A DNA stretch of 64,000 nucleotides from an uncultured Methanomassiliicoccus sp. (GTDB lineage: Archaea > Thermoplasmatota > Thermoplasmata > Methanomassiliicoccales > UBA472). Shown here one piece after another: positions 7,086 through 14,885 of the stretch (position 1 is the stretch's first letter; every line of letters starts with the position of its first letter). The position numbers were made by a program, and so were the translations under genes. The notes under the pieces are model-generated. The model was not told the DNA's origin. It made no database searches and saw only the letters and a program-made list of their open reading frames with translations. The DNA lies in NCBI GenBank assembly GCA_964585915.1, contig CAZPFU010000004.1:45686-109685 (forward strand), read 5' to 3'.

Positions 7086-8819
7086 TCAGCCCAGCTTGGC
7101 CCTCTCCTCGGCGATGACCTCGTCCGACAGGGGGTAGAAGCCGACCTCGACCGCCACCTGCTGACCGAGCTCGGCGTCCAGTATCCAGCTCAGCCAGCGG
7201 CTGACCTGGTCCGTGGGCGTCCCGTCGGTGTAGATGTACAGGTACCTGGACAGGTCGTACGCTCCGGACTGGACCGCGTCGGCGTCCAACGGGGAGTAGG
7301 CGGTCGCGGTGTCGTTCTTCTTCAGGTCAAGGACGTTTATTCCGGAGGCGTCGGCGTAGCCGATGCCCACGTAGCCTATGCCGCCCTCGTCACCCTGGAC
7401 GGCGGCGACAATGGCCGAGTTGCCGGAGAGCATGTTCATCTCCTGGGAGTAGTTCTCCTTCTGCAGGACGTGCTCCCAGAAGAACTCGTAAGTTCCGGAG
7501 GTCGACTGGCGCCCGTAGAGGGTTATGGCCTCATCATTCCCGCCCACCTGGTTCCAGTTGGTGATCGAGCCGTTGTATATTCCGCGCAGCTGCTCGACGG
7601 TCAGGACGTCCACCGGGTTGTCCTGGTGGGTGATGATCGCTATACCGTCTATGGCCACCTTGAACTCCACGGGGTTCACGTCGTTGGCCTGGGCGGCCTC
7701 GATCTCGCTGGCCTTGATCTTCCGGGAGGCCTGGGCCAGGTCGACCTGCCCGTTCACCAGGGCGGTGATGCCGGTGCTGCTTCCGCCGCCGGACACCTCC
7801 ACGGTTATCCAGGAGTTGTCAGCGTGGAAGTCCTCGGACCACAGCTGGCAGAGCTCCAGCAGGGTGTCGGACCCCTTCTGCGTCAGGGTCACCGAGGCGG
7901 GGGATATTCCCATCTTCACCAGGTTGTCCTCGTAGGCGTTCTGGGATATCTCGTAGAAGCCGATCTCTCCCACCATGCTCTGACCGTCATCGAAGCTGAC
8001 GATCCAACGCAGGTAGTCCTTCACGATGCCGGTCGGGGCGCCCTTGGTGTACAGGTAAAGATAGCGGGACAGGTCGTACTTGCCGGACTTGACGGCCGAT
8101 TCGTCCGTGGGGGCGAAAGCTTCCGATGAGGAATCCTTCTTCAGGTCTAGGACGTTTATTCCGGAGGCGTCGGCGTAGCCGATGCCCACGTAGCCTATGC
8201 CGCCCTCGTCACCCTGGACGGCGGCGACAATGGCCGAGTTGCCGGAGAGCATGTTCATCTCCTGGGAGTAGTTCTCCTTCTGCAGGACGTGCTCCCAGAA
8301 GAACTCGTACGTTCCGGAGGTCGACTGACGGCCGTAGAGGGTGATGTCCTCGTCCGCGCCGCCGACCTGATCCCAGTTGGTTATGCTGCCGTTGTAGATG
8401 CCGCGCAGCTGCTCCACGGTCAGTTCGCCGATGTCGTTCGAGGTGTGCACGATGATGGCGATGCCGTCGATGGCCACCTTGAACTCCACCGGGGTGAACC
8501 CGGCTGCCTGGGCGCTCTCTATCTCGCTCGCCTTTATCTGGCGGGAGGCCTGCGCCACGTCGACCTGCCCGTTTATAAGGGCGGTGATGCCGGTGCTACT
8601 TCCGCCGCCGGAGACCTCGACCTCCACGTCAGAGTTCTCGGCCATGTATTCCTCTGCCCAGATCTGGCAGAGCTCAAGCAATGTATCGGACCCCTTCTGC
8701 ACGATGACGCCGCCCTCGCTGTCGTCATCATCGTTGCCCTGGAAGAGGAACACACCGACGGCGGCCACTATGATTATGGCTACGACGCCGATGACCAGGT
8801 ACTTCATCTTGTTCTCCAT
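7086..8819 (-). CDS. pstS: phosphate-binding protein PstS, tandem duplication of two complete periplasmic-binding domains fused in one polypeptide
   Basis: N-terminal TM/signal anchor KYLVIGVVAIIIVAAVGVFLF; two PBP modules each with GSDTLLELCQ ... VSGGGSSTGITAL ... YGRQSTSGTYEFF; start ATG 8819 after AAAGGTGA SD. Confidence 0.9.
   Translation of the reverse strand: MENKMKYLVIGVVAIIIVAAVGVFLFQGNDDDDSEGGVIVQKGSDTLLELCQIWAEEYMAENSDVEVEVSGGGSSTGITALINGQVDVAQASRQIKASEIESAQAAGFTPVEFKVAIDGIAIIVHTSNDIGELTVEQLRGIYNGSITNWDQVGGADEDITLYGRQSTSGTYEFFWEHVLQKENYSQEMNMLSGNSAIVAAVQGDEGGIGYVGIGYADASGINVLDLKKDSSSEAFAPTDESAVKSGKYDLSRYLYLYTKGAPTGIVKDYLRWIVSFDDGQSMVGEIGFYEISQNAYEDNLVKMGISPASVTLTQKGSDTLLELCQLWSEDFHADNSWITVEVSGGGSSTGITALVNGQVDLAQASRKIKASEIEAAQANDVNPVEFKVAIDGIAIITHQDNPVDVLTVEQLRGIYNGSITNWNQVGGNDEAITLYGRQSTSGTYEFFWEHVLQKENYSQEMNMLSGNSAIVAAVQGDEGGIGYVGIGYADASGINVLDLKKNDTATAYSPLDADAVQSGAYDLSRYLYIYTDGTPTDQVSRWLSWILDAELGQQVAVEVGFYPLSDEVIAEERAKLG
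7330..7490. repeat. 161-bp perfect intragenic repeat, copy 1 (C-terminal PstS module)
   Basis: Identical by eye to 8149-8309; offset 819 bp = 273 codons. Confidence 0.9.
8149..8309. repeat. 161-bp perfect intragenic repeat, copy 2 (N-terminal PstS module)
   Basis: Identical by eye to 7330-7490. Confidence 0.9.
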
Positions 8820-8974
8820 TCTTTCACCTTTGGAACGTAAAGAAAGAACAAGGAGCCGCGGTCCAGTCATTCAGGACAAGAAACGGAGGATCGAGTCGGC
8901 GCGATACGCCTAGGTCCTTTCCTGTACCGGCAAGCTCTTTGTGCATTTTCTCCGGGACGAGCTACGAAAGGCGC

Positions 8975-9075
8975 CGTTTATATACATTAGCGAAATAGAA
9001 TATATTCTTGTATTTTGTATATAGAGTAAGTATATTTAAGAATTTTTTATATTTCTAGTAAGTTTTGTATATACA
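8975..9075. promoter_or_regulatory. AT-rich divergent promoter region between pstS operon and AbrB-PhoU regulator, with repeated TTTTGTATATA boxes
   Basis: TTTTGTATATA at 9013-9023 and 9063-9073 (50-bp spacing); related GTTTATATAC at about 8977; palindromic GTATATAC at 9067-9074. Confidence 0.4.
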
Positions 9076-9113
9076 ATAACCACTTAAGTATGTTTGTGAA
9101 ACGGGACAATAAC

Positions 9114-10121
9114 ATGAACACAGAGGTCCGACGGGTGCAGAAGACCGGGGCGTCCACGTTGACCGTTTCCCTTCCGAAGGACTGGGTGGACTCTTCCGGG
9201 CTCAAGGCCGGGGACCAGGTCTCCATGGCCGTCCAGCTGGATGGAACGATACTTTTGGATACCAACATGGACCGTCGCAAGGAGACCCTTCGCAAGGAGA
9301 TCTGGACCGATGCGGACGAAAGTGCCGAGCACCTCACCCGCAAGCTCATAGGCGCCTATCTGGTGGGATACAACGTGATAGAGGTCCGCTCCAAGGACCG
9401 CATGGAGCCGGAGGCCAAGAGCGCCATACGGGAGTTCTCACGCTTGGCGATAGGACCGGAGGTCGTGGAAGAAACCGCTAACAGCGTCATCATGCACGAC
9501 CTTTCAGACCCGGTGGAACTGCCGCAGGAGAAGTGCGTGCGCCGTATGCACCTGATAGTGCGCACCATGCATGCTGACGCCGTGGAGGCGTTGTGCGAGG
9601 AGGACAAGGGCCTGGCGGAGGACGTCATCGATCGGGACACTGATGTTGATCGATTATACTGGATGGCGGTCAAGCAGAACAACCTCATCGCGCGGGACCG
9701 CAAGCTCGGCGACCGCATGGGATTGGACATATTCGAATCCAACGACCTTATGCTGGTGGCGCGCGGCATAGAACGCATAGGCGATCACGCCGTGCGCATA
9801 TCCAGGAACGCCCTCATAAGCGCCGAGGACCCGGACAAGCTGCCGGCGGCCGCCGAGATAAGGAAGTTGAGCGCGGAGTCCATGAAGGTCCTGGAGAAGG
9901 GAATGGACGCGCTGTTCCGCAAGGACATCCCGGAGGCGAACGAGGTCATCGATCAAGGCCGGGAGGTCGTCAAGCGCTGCGAGAAGCTCGGCCAGGTGAC
10001 CAGGGCCAAGGACAGCCGGGAAGCGATAATCATCAACATGGTAATGGATTCGATAATCCGGTCGACCATGTACGCCGTGGATATCGCGGAGATTGCGATC
10101 AACGGGGCCATGCGTCAATGA
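9114..10121 (+). CDS. phosphate uptake regulator: SpoVT/AbrB DNA-binding domain fused to PhoU domains
   Basis: N-terminus RRVQKTGASTLTVSLPKDWV (AbrB-like), then PhoU repeats (DVIDRDTDVDRLY; ARGIERIGDHAVRISRN); longest ORF starts at 9090. Confidence 0.85.
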   Translation: MNTEVRRVQKTGASTLTVSLPKDWVDSSGLKAGDQVSMAVQLDGTILLDTNMDRRKETLRKEIWTDADESAEHLTRKLIGAYLVGYNVIEVRSKDRMEPEAKSAIREFSRLAIGPEVVEETANSVIMHDLSDPVELPQEKCVRRMHLIVRTMHADAVEALCEEDKGLAEDVIDRDTDVDRLYWMAVKQNNLIARDRKLGDRMGLDIFESNDLMLVARGIERIGDHAVRISRNALISAEDPDKLPAAAEIRKLSAESMKVLEKGMDALFRKDIPEANEVIDQGREVVKRCEKLGQVTRAKDSREAIIINMVMDSIIRSTMYAVDIAEIAINGAMRQ

Positions 10122-10175
10122 TGGCCCATGTTCATGATCGTGTATAGCTGGAAATCGGAAAAGAGGATGAGGCCC

Positions 10176-10454
10176 TCATTTGTTCTGGGCGCTCTTCCAT
10201 AACAGATAGGCCAAGGCGGCGGTGCTTAGTCCGAGAATGAATCCCATGGTCAGGGCGCCGTCGGCCTCCGTATCGTTCTTGTCCGGGATATCGACGATGT
10301 TCTGCCGTTGAAGTTCCTCCCAGTCCAGGGCGTCCGTGCCTCTCCGCACCAGGTAGGCCTGGACCTCCTTCAGTTTATTGTAATCATCCTCCTTCAAGCG
10401 AATCGTCTTGTATTTCTTTTCCGTGGAACTATCATCGTCAGTGCTCATGAACAC
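10176..10454 (-). CDS. small hypothetical protein, possible RHH-like N-terminus with C-terminal TM helix
   Basis: 92-aa ORF; KTIRLKEDDYNKLKEVQAYLVRRG (strand-helix pattern) and TM ALTMGFILGLSTAALAYLLW; lies in AT-rich islet. Confidence 0.45.
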   Translation of the reverse strand: MFMSTDDDSSTEKKYKTIRLKEDDYNKLKEVQAYLVRRGTDALDWEELQRQNIVDIPDKNDTEADGALTMGFILGLSTAALAYLLWKSAQNK

Positions 10455-10758
10455 ACCTTTGTAGTAATATGCATGCTAATGCATAATCTAACGATATTAT
10501 TTAAATAAATATGTTATGCTGATCTCGACCATGTCTCGCATACGGAACAAATAATTATCCTACCCGGCCACCGTACTGGAGGATTCCAGTATTTCTATTG
10601 TAATCTTATGATCCAACACAATGCGATGCCGATGATCACAGGCACATTGACCTGCGTAGATCGTGAGTAACTTGGTGAACTGAGCAGCGTATCCTCATTC
10701 CATCAATGAAAAGTATATAGTAGATACTGAGTCATAATATCCCAAATAATAGGTTGTT

Positions 10759-11424
10759 ATGACATCATTTCAAACCACGTTGATTTGGCAGAAACTACTG
10801 ATCGACGGGTCCAAATTCGTGACCTCCGATGCGATCGGGGTAATGGCAGAAAAGTTCGGCAAGGATGAGGAGAGGAGCCTAAGATACCTCCAGGAGCACG
10901 GATATGTGCTGAGGGTCCTAAGAGGCATATTCTACGTAATGAGCCCCGAGGAAATCGAGGGTGGCTATCGCAAGTATTCCATATACGAGATGGTCTCCGA
11001 AGCGCTGCGCTTCAAGGGCGTGAAGAACTGGTATTTCGGACTGGAGACGGCATTGAAGATGAACCGTATGACGCATGAGTTCTTCACTGTGGATTACGTC
11101 ATTACTGATTCGTTCCGGACCACGAAGACCATTGGCATACTTGACTCACGGTTCGTCTTTACCAGTTGGAAGACCGGGAACGGCCCGGCACCGTGGAAAG
11201 TGAAGCGCATAACTGACCACGGGTGCGTCTTGTTCCACTCTGACAAAGAGAGAACAGTGCTGGACCTATCTTACCGCAGTTATCTCAGGAAGGAAAGCTT
11301 GGAGAGAACTATCGGCCCGATCATCGAGTTCGAGGATCAGATAAACAAAGATAGGGTCAAGGGATACCTGACATCATACCCGCCTAAGTTCAGGGAGACG
11401 ATCACCAGTGGATCGGTTCTTTAG
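10759..11424 (+). CDS. AbiEi-like antitoxin (type IV TA / abortive infection), wHTH N-terminus
   Basis: 221 aa; YLQEHGYVLRVLRGIFYV motif typical of AbiEi; 17-nt overlap with downstream AbiEii gene; TATA-like AAGTATATAG about 40 nt upstream. Confidence 0.7.
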   Translation: MTSFQTTLIWQKLLIDGSKFVTSDAIGVMAEKFGKDEERSLRYLQEHGYVLRVLRGIFYVMSPEEIEGGYRKYSIYEMVSEALRFKGVKNWYFGLETALKMNRMTHEFFTVDYVITDSFRTTKTIGILDSRFVFTSWKTGNGPAPWKVKRITDHGCVLFHSDKERTVLDLSYRSYLRKESLERTIGPIIEFEDQINKDRVKGYLTSYPPKFRETITSGSVL

Positions 11425-12334
11425 GGCTGCGACCGATATCGGTAAAGCCAGAAGGGCCGATGTCGTTGAAAAGGACTACTATCTTCATCAACTGTTGATG
11501 GAGATCTCCCATGATCCCTATCTGCGAGATAACCTGGTGTTCAAAGGTGGCACCTGTCTCGTCAAAGCTTACTCGGGCTATTATCGCTTCTCTGAGGATA
11601 TCGATTTCACCTGGGCTGACCAGACCGGATGGTCTCAAGCCACCACGAGCAGGAGGAACGACCTCTGCGCCAAGGAATGTGAGGAGATCATCCGCCATGT
11701 CAAGATAATTGCAGACCGGATGGGGCTATCGTTCAGTGGCAGCAAGAATGGAGACGATGTCCATATAAGCAGCGGGGGTAAAATGCTAACCCTCCGCCCC
11801 ACCTACTATTCTGCCCTGGGAAGGATGAGGAGCGAGGTGAAGTTGGAGTTCAACCTTCACGACCTTGTATTGTTCCCATTTCGGGACCGGAAGCTGGGGA
11901 CGTACATCGAAGGTGATGGTTTTGGTTCGTTGGAGTCATTGTTCGAGGAACCATTTCACATCTATACAAGCTCGGTGGAGCTGACATGCTATGATAGCCG
12001 GGAGATATTCATTGAGAAATGCCGAGCGTTGATGACGAGGAAGGTATACAAACCCCGCGATTCCCTGGACCTTTACCATATGGGGAAGACGATGGGGTTC
12101 ACGGTCCGCGACCATGAGGAAGGCATCGTCCGAAAGGTCGGGTTCTCCCTGGACACATATGAAAGATATTTGGACAACATCGAGGACAACGATCTTTCCA
12201 AACTGAGATACGATCGCCGTGATGAGAACCTGTTGCTCCGAGAGATGCCAGATGATCTTGAGGCTTCGATCGTGGATATGCATCGCGAGCTGGAGAGCAT
12301 TAGGGCGGGGATCGTTACGGCAACCCGTAGATGA
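11408..12334 (+). CDS. AbiEii/AbiGii nucleotidyltransferase toxin (DUF1814)
   Basis: VEKDYYL, FKGGTCLVK, RFSEDIDF motifs characteristic of DUF1814 nucleotidyltransferases; GTG start overlapping AbiEi. Confidence 0.85.
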   Translation: MDRFFRAATDIGKARRADVVEKDYYLHQLLMEISHDPYLRDNLVFKGGTCLVKAYSGYYRFSEDIDFTWADQTGWSQATTSRRNDLCAKECEEIIRHVKIIADRMGLSFSGSKNGDDVHISSGGKMLTLRPTYYSALGRMRSEVKLEFNLHDLVLFPFRDRKLGTYIEGDGFGSLESLFEEPFHIYTSSVELTCYDSREIFIEKCRALMTRKVYKPRDSLDLYHMGKTMGFTVRDHEEGIVRKVGFSLDTYERYLDNIEDNDLSKLRYDRRDENLLLREMPDDLEASIVDMHRELESIRAGIVTATRR

Positions 12335-12419
12335 TCTGGTTTGATCGCTAGTGAAAGGGGTTCGGCGATCGTCCGCCGGCATCTAGGGGCTTTCCGTACG
12401 ATCGGGATTTGCGATCAGC

Positions 12420-13601
12420 TTAACCGGAGCGCATGACCTGGTTGTCTCCCACCTGGAAGTCCTGGTAGATGTAGATCAGCTCGTTCTCGGAGAGCGATCG
12501 TTTCAGAGCGATGGAGTTCGCCCGGACCTGGTCCAGTATCTTCTGCGCCAAATCGTCATCCACCTCGATGCCTTTGTTGGCCAGTATCTGCTTGATGGTG
12601 TGCCGGCCGGAATGCTTGCCGATGACTATCTTCCTGGTCAGCCCGACCTCCTCCGGAGTATAGGGCTCGTAGTTGCTGAGGTACTTGATGACGCCGTCAG
12701 TGTGAATTCCCGCTTCATGCGCGAAGCAGTTGGTGCCGATTATCGGCTTCCAGCCGGGTATCTCCCGCGCGGACGATTTGGCGACGTACTCCGCGACCTC
12801 CCGGAAGCGTTCCGTGCGGAAGTTGACGTCCATATGCAGCAGGTGCTTGGCGCACATGATTATCTCCTCCAGAGGGGTGTTCCCGGTGCGCTCGCCGATG
12901 CCCATCACCGTCGTGCTGACGAACCTGGCGCCCGCTTGAACGCCTGCTACCGCGTTCGCCGTCGCCATGCCGAAGTCGTTGTGGGTGTGCATCTCGATGT
13001 CGATGCCGACCGCTTCCCGCAGCGCCTTTATCTCGTCATACGCCCGCCGAGGCTCCAGCAGACCGATGGTGTCGCAGTAGCGCAGACGGTTGGCGCCCGC
13101 TTCCTTGGCCGCCTTTCCGAACTCGATCAGGAAGGCCGGGTCCGCGCGGGAGGCGTCCTCGGCGTTGCATGATATGTAGAGGCCGTGGTCCTTGGCGTAC
13201 TCCACGCTCTCCACGACCTTCTCCAGGACCCATTCCCTGCTCTTCATCAGCTTGTTCTTGATATGGATGTCCGAAGAGGACATGGATATGGCGACCGAAT
13301 CTACATCGCAGTCGATGGAGTGCGCCACGTCCTCCTTGTTGGCCCGGTTCCAGCCGAGGATGGAAGCGTCCAGTCCCAGGGAGGCGATCTTCTTGACGGC
13401 TAGCTTCTCGTCCCCGCCCATGGCCGGGATGCCGGCCTCGATCTGCTGGACGCCCAATTCGTCTAAAAGCTTGGCGATCCTCAGCTTCTCCAAGTTGGCG
13501 AAAACAATGCCGGCGGCCTGTTCACCATCGCGCAACGTAGTATCGCAGGTGATCAGGGGGCTCTTCTCGAACTTGGCAATGATCTCGGACCGGTCTCTCA
13601 T
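12420..13601 (-). CDS. homocitrate synthase / 2-isopropylmalate synthase family enzyme (AksA/NifV-like, no LeuA regulatory domain)
   Basis: DTTLRDGEQ, HTHNDFGMATANAVAG, GERTGN motifs; start ATG 13601 after GGAAGGT SD (longest ORF to 13637). Confidence 0.85.
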   Translation of the reverse strand: MRDRSEIIAKFEKSPLITCDTTLRDGEQAAGIVFANLEKLRIAKLLDELGVQQIEAGIPAMGGDEKLAVKKIASLGLDASILGWNRANKEDVAHSIDCDVDSVAISMSSSDIHIKNKLMKSREWVLEKVVESVEYAKDHGLYISCNAEDASRADPAFLIEFGKAAKEAGANRLRYCDTIGLLEPRRAYDEIKALREAVGIDIEMHTHNDFGMATANAVAGVQAGARFVSTTVMGIGERTGNTPLEEIIMCAKHLLHMDVNFRTERFREVAEYVAKSSAREIPGWKPIIGTNCFAHEAGIHTDGVIKYLSNYEPYTPEEVGLTRKIVIGKHSGRHTIKQILANKGIEVDDDLAQKILDQVRANSIALKRSLSENELIYIYQDFQVGDNQVMRSG

Positions 13602-13795
13602 CTGTCTACCTTCCGCTTCGCCGCCCATACGAAACATGATATATGGTCAGGTTGCCCCTTTTCGGACATAGTGCCAAAAGGAGAGTCTCCCTGTCGACAA
13701 CTATTTCCCAAAGAGCCCTGGACCTCGGTAAATGGACGGTAAAAACTCAATAAAGAGGACCGTACAAAAGGGTTTCGGACCGCCTAGGACCAACT

Positions 13796-13803
13796 TTTAT
13801 AAC
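13796..13803 (+). promoter_or_regulatory. TATA-box candidate (TTTTATAA) for the MtaA-like gene
   Basis: About 34 nt upstream of ATG 13837, compatible with a short leader. Confidence 0.4.
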
Positions 13804-13836
13804 TCCACCCGATAGTGTTTTTCATTGGACTGGGAA

Positions 13837-14881
13837 ATGACGGGGTGACCTAACGAACGAGAAGGAGAGGCTCGTTTCGGTCCTGGATCTAAGGGACGTC
13901 GATCGGGTACCATGCGCCTGCCCGCTTCAGACAGGGACCATCGACCTGATGAGGATGTCAGGGGCTTTCTGGCCGGAAGCCCATATCAACCCAGTGACCA
14001 TGTCCAAGCTGGCTCGGGCTGCCAGGGAGTTCGCGGGCATGGAAAGCATACGTGTGCCTTTCGAGGTCAGCGTGGACGCCTCGGCCTTCGGGGCGCCGAC
14101 CGATGAAAGGCGGCTGATACGACAGCCATTAGTACTGAGACGCATGGTCCGAAGCCAGGAGGACCTGTTCAACACCAGGGTTCCCGATCCCCATATGGAC
14201 GGGCGTGCGCCTGTGGTCCTGGAAGCATTGGAGCTAATATCTCGTCAGGTCTCCGATGTTCCCATCATCTGCGGGGTGGTCGGGCCGTTCCAGTTGGCCT
14301 GCCAATTGCGGGGCGAACAGCTTTTCCTCAAGGACCTTGGAGATTCCCCGGACTTCGCACGCACTCTCCTTAACATCACTACCGAATGGGGTGTTCGGTT
14401 CTCGCTCGCCGCTTTAGAGTCCGGGGCGGACGTGATATGCATCGTCGACGGCACCGCCACCGCGGAGACGCTGACCAGGGAGATGTACGACCGTTTCTCG
14501 TGGGCATACGAACGAAGGATAGCCAAGGCCATCAGGGGTCAGAACGGGCTTTCCATTTTGCATATTTGCGGCGACACCTCACGCAACCTGGACCTGATGG
14601 TCAGCACGGACGTGGACGGCGTTAGCGTGGACCACCGGGTACCGATATCAGGAGCGAAGGCGGTTTGCCATGGTCGCACCGCGGTGATAGGGAACGTATC
14701 GCCGACCACCACGCTCAACACGGGTACACCCTTGGAGGTGGCCAAAGAGACCCTTTCCTGCCTGGAGGCCGGGACCGATGTCGTGGCGCCTGGCTGCGGA
14801 TTCGCGCCTGAGACGCCTCTGGAGAACATGAGGACCATGGTGCGGGTGACGAGGTCCTTCATCCCCGAAAGAGGACGGTGA
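13837..14881 (+). CDS. uroporphyrinogen-decarboxylase-fold methyltransferase (MtaA/MtbA-like methylcobamide:CoM methyltransferase family), frame interrupted after codon 3
   Basis: Conserved N-terminus LTNEKERLVSVLDLRDVDRVP...FWPEAH is encoded 13847-13948 with no canonical start. ATG 13837 is in the +1-shifted frame (ATG ACG GGG TGA). First in-frame ATG is 13949. Body has URO-D/MtaA-like motifs (IVDGTA, LHICGD). Confidence 0.75.
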
Positions 14882-14885
14882 CGGG

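Noticed and set aside
7068-8129. Long ORFs antisense to real genes. Examples: 7068..8129, 21650..22807, 23057..24565, 19982..20884, 31663..32622, 36116..37252, 36222..37391, 38364..39329, 38885..39988, 40905..42170, 42638..43453, 55056..56042, 57857..58828, 62482..63420.
   Set aside because: They are shadow frames of GC-rich genes. Their translations are Arg/Gly/His/Pro/Val-rich and low in complexity, carry no recognisable motifs, and fully overlap genes with strong family signatures.
10455-10758. Small ORFs in the AT-rich spacer upstream of AbiEi, for example a 20-codon ATG 10608 ORF.
   Set aside because: All are 20 codons or fewer, lack SD motifs and show no recognisable features, so there is not enough evidence to call them.
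12353-12365. Looser copies of the G-rich motif: GAAAGGGGTTCGG at 12353, AAAAGGGTTTCGGA at 13766, and AAAAGGGTTCC...GGGTTTGGA at 16874-16897. A tRNA T-arm-like GGGGTTCGG as a possible integration site for the AbiE islet.
   Set aside because: The purine-rich GAAAG(A/G)GG part is indistinguishable from the Shine-Dalgarno-like sequences seen before many genes here, so similarity to the 26-nt pst element is too weak to claim. No complementary stem or other tRNA features surround the T-arm-like string.
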